Source: an uncultured cyanobacterium (GTDB lineage Bacteria; Cyanobacteriota; Cyanobacteriia; Pseudanabaenales; Pseudanabaenaceae). Taken from it: a stretch of 64,000 nucleotides of DNA. Made by a program: the position numbers and the translations under genes. Below, piece by piece: positions 59,742-64,000 of this stretch. The DNA lies in the NCBI GenBank assembly GCA_963703315.1, contig OY969811.1:3104001-3168000 (forward strand), in the 5' to 3' direction. The notes under the pieces were generated by a model, which had not been told where the DNA came from, did no database searches, and was given only the letters and a program-made list of their open reading frames with translations. Positions within the stretch are counted from its first letter, which is position 1. Every line of letters starts with the position of its first letter.

Positions 59742-62572
59742 AGTCCTGTGATGGTGAAGGCTGACCAGTGATAGGGATGATTATATGGTTTTAAGTCTGT
59801 GGATGCAGAAATTTGATCAAGGTCATTTTGAGAAAGGTCATCAAGGCGATCACGCAACCAAGGAATCAAACTATGGTTAGTTGGTAGCTTATCGATTTGT
59901 TGGTTATACCATTTTCTTAGATCTTCATTGGTAATATTGCGTAGCCAATATTTGGCGGCGGCAATAGCCACATCTGCGGATTGATCTTCTTCTACATAGC
60001 GGCGGTGAAACTCGATCATTAGTAGAGCGCTAGATATGGATTCGACTGTCCAGAGGGTGCTGACGACATTGGCAACACCGCTATACATGAATGCGCTGAC
60101 GATGCCGATATATTCCTTAGTGATGGTTTGGTTGCCCGCGATCGCAGTTTCACAGGCACAGAGACAGGCGAGTTGATAGCTGCTGAGATCGAGGTTGCCG
60201 ATCGCTTTGAGGGTGAGGCGATCTCTACCACTGAGGGCGAGGGCGGAGTTGATCGGGCTGAAAAAATCATAGTAACCATGCCCTGTAAAGTGAAAGATGG
60301 TATGGGGTTGGGGTGTTGTGGCGGTGAGTTGGGCGGTGACTTCTGCAAGGGTGGTTTCGGCTTTGGCTCTGCGAGTTGATTCGCCATAAATCCGACAGAT
60401 TAGTTCCGATTCTGCTTCGGCGGCGGTGAGTTTGGGTAGATTTTGCTTTGTGCTGTCTTCAAGTGTGATGCTGCTGTCAGGGTTTTCGATGCTGAGGAGG
60501 CGTTTGTAATTGGGTTTTGGTTGGTTGAGAAGTTTGATGCCAACTTGAATGCTCGGTAAATAGGCGATCGTGTATTTAGGGTCAAAGAGGCTATCTAGGG
60601 GATAGAGGTGCAGGTCACGGTGAGGAATGAGAAGCAGTTGGGTACAGTGGGGAGAGTCTGCAAGGGCTGCTTCGATGTTAGTGATGTGGAGAACGGTTTT
60701 GAGTGTGGCAAGGCGTTCTTCCATTTGAAAGCGCCAAGGATGATTTTTGCCTTTTGCTTCGGGCTTAGCTTCCTGTGATTCAGATTTGGTTTTCTTACCG
60801 CCATAGTTAGCGTAATCCTTTTGCCATGCGGTCATCCAGTCGGTAAGTTGGTTGCGTTGGGTGAGGGGGGCGTTTTCGGTGGTTGGGGTTGGGAGTAAGT
60901 TGAGTGTGATTTCGGATGAGGCGTTGGGAGCGAGAATGAAGGTGGTGAGGACGTTGTCGCTGAGATGCCAATAGATTATCGCGGTGTTGGGCTTTTGCTT
61001 GAGGAAGGCGCACATTTGCGAATAGTCGGGGCTTGGTTCGGTGGTATCCGCTAAGAGTCCATCACGCAGAAAAGCATTTTTATCTTTTTCGGCAATTTCA
61101 AGGGCTTCTATCAGTTTGCCTTGTTGGATGTATAAGTTTACAGTCAATTCATTAAAGTAGGGTCTGAACTTCCGTTCAAAGATTTCTCTATTTCCTCCTG
61201 ATTTCCCTTTTAGTTGGGCTTCTAGAAAATCGGTTCCTTTCCGCAATAGTCCTTCAACTTTTTCGGTTTCGTGTAATGCTAAAAGGACGCGAATGTAGTC
61301 TTGTAAAGTTTCTAGATGGGCGGTTTCAAATTTTGGTGTCAGGGCTTTTAAAGAATTTTCGTAGCTGATGATTGCCTTCCGCCAAAGAGGGAAAGGATTT
61401 GTCTGGATACTACCATGATCATAATTAGAGATTCCTAGATAGCGATGTAATTGTCCCCAGCCCTCTGGTTCAGTTTCTTGATTAATATATTTGAATCCCT
61501 CATTGTAAGATACAAGGCTTCCCTGATAACCGCGCAGATCAAGTGCAGGATTTTGCATATCTTGTGGTAAAAGCTTGCCAAATAATTTTAGAAGTGTATT
61601 TTTTTCTTTACCTTCACTTTTTGAGGCAGCATTACCACGATTAGTCCATGCTCGCCACGAATTCCCTTTTGCAATCACCAATGCCTTGTCGAAGAAGATT
61701 ATCGCCTCTTCGTATCTATATAAGTATTCACAGAATAAAGCACCTTTGCTTATCCAAATATTCTCATTATCGGGATTAATACTGATTGCACGATCCAAAG
61801 ATATTATTGCCTCGTCATATCTTCCCAAACGAACTAGGCAAAATCCTTTGCTATGCCAAGCACTCTCATAATCAGGATTGATGCTAATAGCGCGATCCAA
61901 GGATATTATTGCTTCTTCATATCTTTCCAAATCAGCTAGGTAAACCCCCTTGTTATGCCAAGTACTCGCATAATCGGGATTAATGCTGATGGCGCGATCC
62001 AAAGATATTATCGCCTCTTCATATCTTCCCAAAGTAGCTAGAGAAGCTCCTTTGTTAAGCCAAGCGCTCTCATAATCAGGATTAATGCTGATGGCGCGAT
62101 CAAAGCATATTATCGCCTCTTCATATCTTCCCAAATCAGCTAGGGAAGATCCTTTGTTATACCAAGCAATCTCATGATTGGGATTGATGCTGATGGCACA
62201 ATCATAGGAAGTTATCGATTCTTCATATCTTCCTAAATTAGCAAGGGAAGCTCCTTTGTTAATCCAATTAATCTCATGTTCTGAATTGATGCTGATGGCG
62301 CGATCAAATGATATTATCGACTCTTGATATTTTCCTAAGTTAGCTAGTGAAGTTCCTTTATTATACCAAGCAGTCTCATGCTCAGGATTAATGCCGATAA
62401 CGCGATCATATGATTTTATAGCCTCCTCATAGTTTCCTAATTGATATTGATAGTTACCGTTATCATACCAAAATTCATAATCTTTAGTTCTGATTTTTTT
62501 TGAAGAAGTAGGCTTCTTTTGAGAATGCGAATCCTTTGATTTTTTGCCGCCAAATCCATTGCTGCTAGCCAT
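59738..62572 (-). CDS. TPR-CHAT (caspase-like) protease
   Basis: 8 TPRs, then CHAT motifs LLLIPHRDLHLYP, FHFTGHG (His), LCACETA (Cys), VSTLWTV and HPYHWSAFTITG. Confidence 0.93.
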   Translation of the reverse strand: MASSNGFGGKKSKDSHSQKKPTSSKKIRTKDYEFWYDNGNYQYQLGNYEEAIKSYDRVIGINPEHETAWYNKGTSLANLGKYQESIISFDRAISINSEHEINWINKGASLANLGRYEESITSYDCAISINPNHEIAWYNKGSSLADLGRYEEAIICFDRAISINPDYESAWLNKGASLATLGRYEEAIISLDRAISINPDYASTWHNKGVYLADLERYEEAIISLDRAISINPDYESAWHSKGFCLVRLGRYDEAIISLDRAISINPDNENIWISKGALFCEYLYRYEEAIIFFDKALVIAKGNSWRAWTNRGNAASKSEGKEKNTLLKLFGKLLPQDMQNPALDLRGYQGSLVSYNEGFKYINQETEPEGWGQLHRYLGISNYDHGSIQTNPFPLWRKAIISYENSLKALTPKFETAHLETLQDYIRVLLALHETEKVEGLLRKGTDFLEAQLKGKSGGNREIFERKFRPYFNELTVNLYIQQGKLIEALEIAEKDKNAFLRDGLLADTTEPSPDYSQMCAFLKQKPNTAIIYWHLSDNVLTTFILAPNASSEITLNLLPTPTTENAPLTQRNQLTDWMTAWQKDYANYGGKKTKSESQEAKPEAKGKNHPWRFQMEERLATLKTVLHITNIEAALADSPHCTQLLLIPHRDLHLYPLDSLFDPKYTIAYLPSIQVGIKLLNQPKPNYKRLLSIENPDSSITLEDSTKQNLPKLTAAEAESELICRIYGESTRRAKAETTLAEVTAQLTATTPQPHTIFHFTGHGYYDFFSPINSALALSGRDRLTLKAIGNLDLSSYQLACLCACETAIAGNQTITKEYIGIVSAFMYSGVANVVSTLWTVESISSALLMIEFHRRYVEEDQSADVAIAAAKYWLRNITNEDLRKWYNQQIDKLPTNHSLIPWLRDRLDDLSQNDLDQISASTDLKPYNHPYHWSAFTITGL

Positions 62573-62618
62573 TTTGATTTCAAACCTATTTAAGAAACTT
62601 GACTATAACTTCACACCT

Positions 62619-62882
62619 TCAAATTTTAACAACTGCTTCATCCAATCTCCACAAACTTAACCAAACACTAGTTTCATGATCGCCATAACCCCGCAACCAA
62701 AACACCATCTGCTGATCCCCACAGCGATCGCCCAAAAGTTTTAATAATCTCTGCTCATCCCAATTCGCCGCCACACCTTGCAGAACTTGCAGAAACATCT
62801 GCTCATATTCGCGATCGGTTAACGGAACAAGAGACGGCGATCCGTCCGACTTACCACCAAACAAACCCTTTAACCAACTCAT
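62619..62882 (-). pseudogene. Short ORF resembling the detached N-terminal domain of cyanobacterial TPR(-CHAT) proteins
   Basis: MSWLKGLFGG...LTDREYEQMFLQVLQGVAANW...FWLRGYGD followed by a 19-aa tail that looks unrelated; family assignment from memory. Confidence 0.5.
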
Positions 62883-62931
62883 CACGCACCCAGCCTCGCT
62901 ATAAGCTCCCAAAATTTTAGCAATTTTTTTC

Positions 62932-63089
62932 GTAGGGGCTAAGCATTCCCGCAAATATTTAAGAATTTTTAGACACCCTCAAATTGGGAATGCTTAGCCC
63001 AAAGCTAAAAGCAAAGAGGGTTTAGCATTTGCAGATCGAGATTTTTTATGGTGGATTTTGCGATCGCGGCGCAAATGCTAAACCCCTAC
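62932..63089. repeat. Pair of GTAG-type REP/REPIN-like inverted repeats
   Basis: gtaggggctaagcattccc...gggaatgcttagccc and gggtttagcatttgc...gcaaatgctaaacccctac. Confidence 0.75.
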
Positions 63090-63176
63090 ATCTGGAATGT
63101 GGGCGATTGGATGTATTTAATTGATGTGTTTTTGGCGATCGCTAAATAACTTAGTGCTGTAAGTTTGAATGAATGA

Positions 63177-64000
63177 CTAAAATCGATTTAAACTGACGGG
63201 ACAATTGGGCTTTTCAGTAGTTTCTACGGGGACAGGATCAGGAGGTAAAAGCGCGACAATATGGGGAACAGGACGAGGCTCATACGCCATTACGGATTTA
63301 CCGCGATAGGCAAGGGCAGCACTAGCTCCTGAATCAAGCATGACGACATCACGTAAACCAGCCTTTGCCAAGATTTTACCTAAGCCAACAGAATCAATCA
63401 TTTCCATCGTTACACCGATTACTGGTCTGCCAGAACGATCAATCCCCCAGAAGGCGCGATCGCGACTAGCATCAAAACCATAAAGCTTCCCAAAGGATTC
63501 GGCTGACTGTGGTTTACCATCACGCACTAGCCAACCTGCGGCAACAAAAGCATCGGTGACATCAGGTAGCTCGGCTTTTACAGCTTCTAGGGAGGTATGT
63601 TTAGCAGCATTAAAAGGAATGAACTTAATCGCGGTAGGACTAATTAAAACCAGTGGACGACCATTGAGTAGAGGGTTTTCACCTTTATTGCCAGTATTAA
63701 AAATCCCTGCATTACTAGAAAACTGGCTCATTACAGGACCAATCATCGTATTTCCATCAATACGTTCCAATGAGAAAAAGCCGCCATCTACTGCCGCGAT
63801 CGCATTGGGAGTCATGGCTAAAATTTCGGCAACCTGAGCGCGTTTGTCTGCATGGGTCGTAACTGCCCGACCACCATATACTAGGGTAAGGGGCAAGCCA
63901 TCAACGGTAACTTGTTTCTTCTCAACAGGTGTTGTGAAATTAATCGCACCATTACTGACAGTAGGCAAAAGTGAGATTTGGCTTGCAGAAGTTCCACCAG
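63177..64000 (-). CDS. Phosphodiester glycosidase (NAGPA/DUF2233)-like domain protein, 3' part; runs off window end
   Basis: AVDGGFF, RAFWGID and VMLDSGAS motifs; frame open beyond the track start to the window edge. Confidence 0.8.
   Translation of the reverse strand, partial: GGTSASQISLLPTVSNGAINFTTPVEKKQVTVDGLPLTLVYGGRAVTTHADKRAQVAEILAMTPNAIAAVDGGFFSLERIDGNTMIGPVMSQFSSNAGIFNTGNKGENPLLNGRPLVLISPTAIKFIPFNAAKHTSLEAVKAELPDVTDAFVAAGWLVRDGKPQSAESFGKLYGFDASRDRAFWGIDRSGRPVIGVTMEMIDSVGLGKILAKAGLRDVVMLDSGASAALAYRGKSVMAYEPRPVPHIVALLPPDPVPVETTEKPNCPVSLNRF

Noticed and set aside
513..63837. Many 60-150 aa ORFs antisense to or nested in recognised genes or repeats (e.g. 808-1215, 29494-29940, 39538-39726, 60019-60387)
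   Set aside because: Shadow ORFs with no recognisable motifs, explained by the opposite-strand gene or by palindromic repeats.
1..64000. Very frequent GCGATCGC octamer
   Set aside because: This is HIP1, a well-known cyanobacterial feature; used only as a marker of native versus acquired DNA.
1..64000. CRISPR array, tRNA or rRNA genes
   Set aside because: No regularly spaced repeat-spacer series and no tRNA/rRNA-like sequence seen by eye; the hairpins are dispersed and non-identical.

Overview
A 64-kb chromosomal window from a cyanobacterium, probably a planktonic Pseudanabaena-like strain (dense HIP1 octamer GCGATCGC, photosystem I genes, a gas-vesicle-family gene). Most of it is housekeeping: atpC, thiG, menA, larB/cpmA, ntcB-cnaT, cruF, crtD, sdhA, hrcA, sufE, rsmB, mraY, psaL-psaI, nth, rpsU, ctaA-ctaB, an ECF sigma/anti-sigma/Spy operon, and a probable 6S RNA that the ORF track cannot show. 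Accessory material includes a four-glycosyltransferase cassette, a TPR + P-loop ATPase pair, an intact-looking IS1634, an IS1 nested in a TA-flanked miniature repeat, and a dense family of intergenic hairpins with GC-NNA-GC triloops whose arms often overlap gene ends. The best candidate for an uncharacterised system is the island at about 57-63 kb. It holds a tightly coupled operon (TPR-CHAT caspase-like protease, small helical protein, coiled-coil protein with two C-terminal TM helices) with signs of a swapped N-terminal sensor region. Next to it is a YefM/YoeB-type toxin-antitoxin pair whose toxin is interrupted by a 218-bp MITE carrying the IS1634 ends. All family calls come from motif recognition by eye; no database searches were run.
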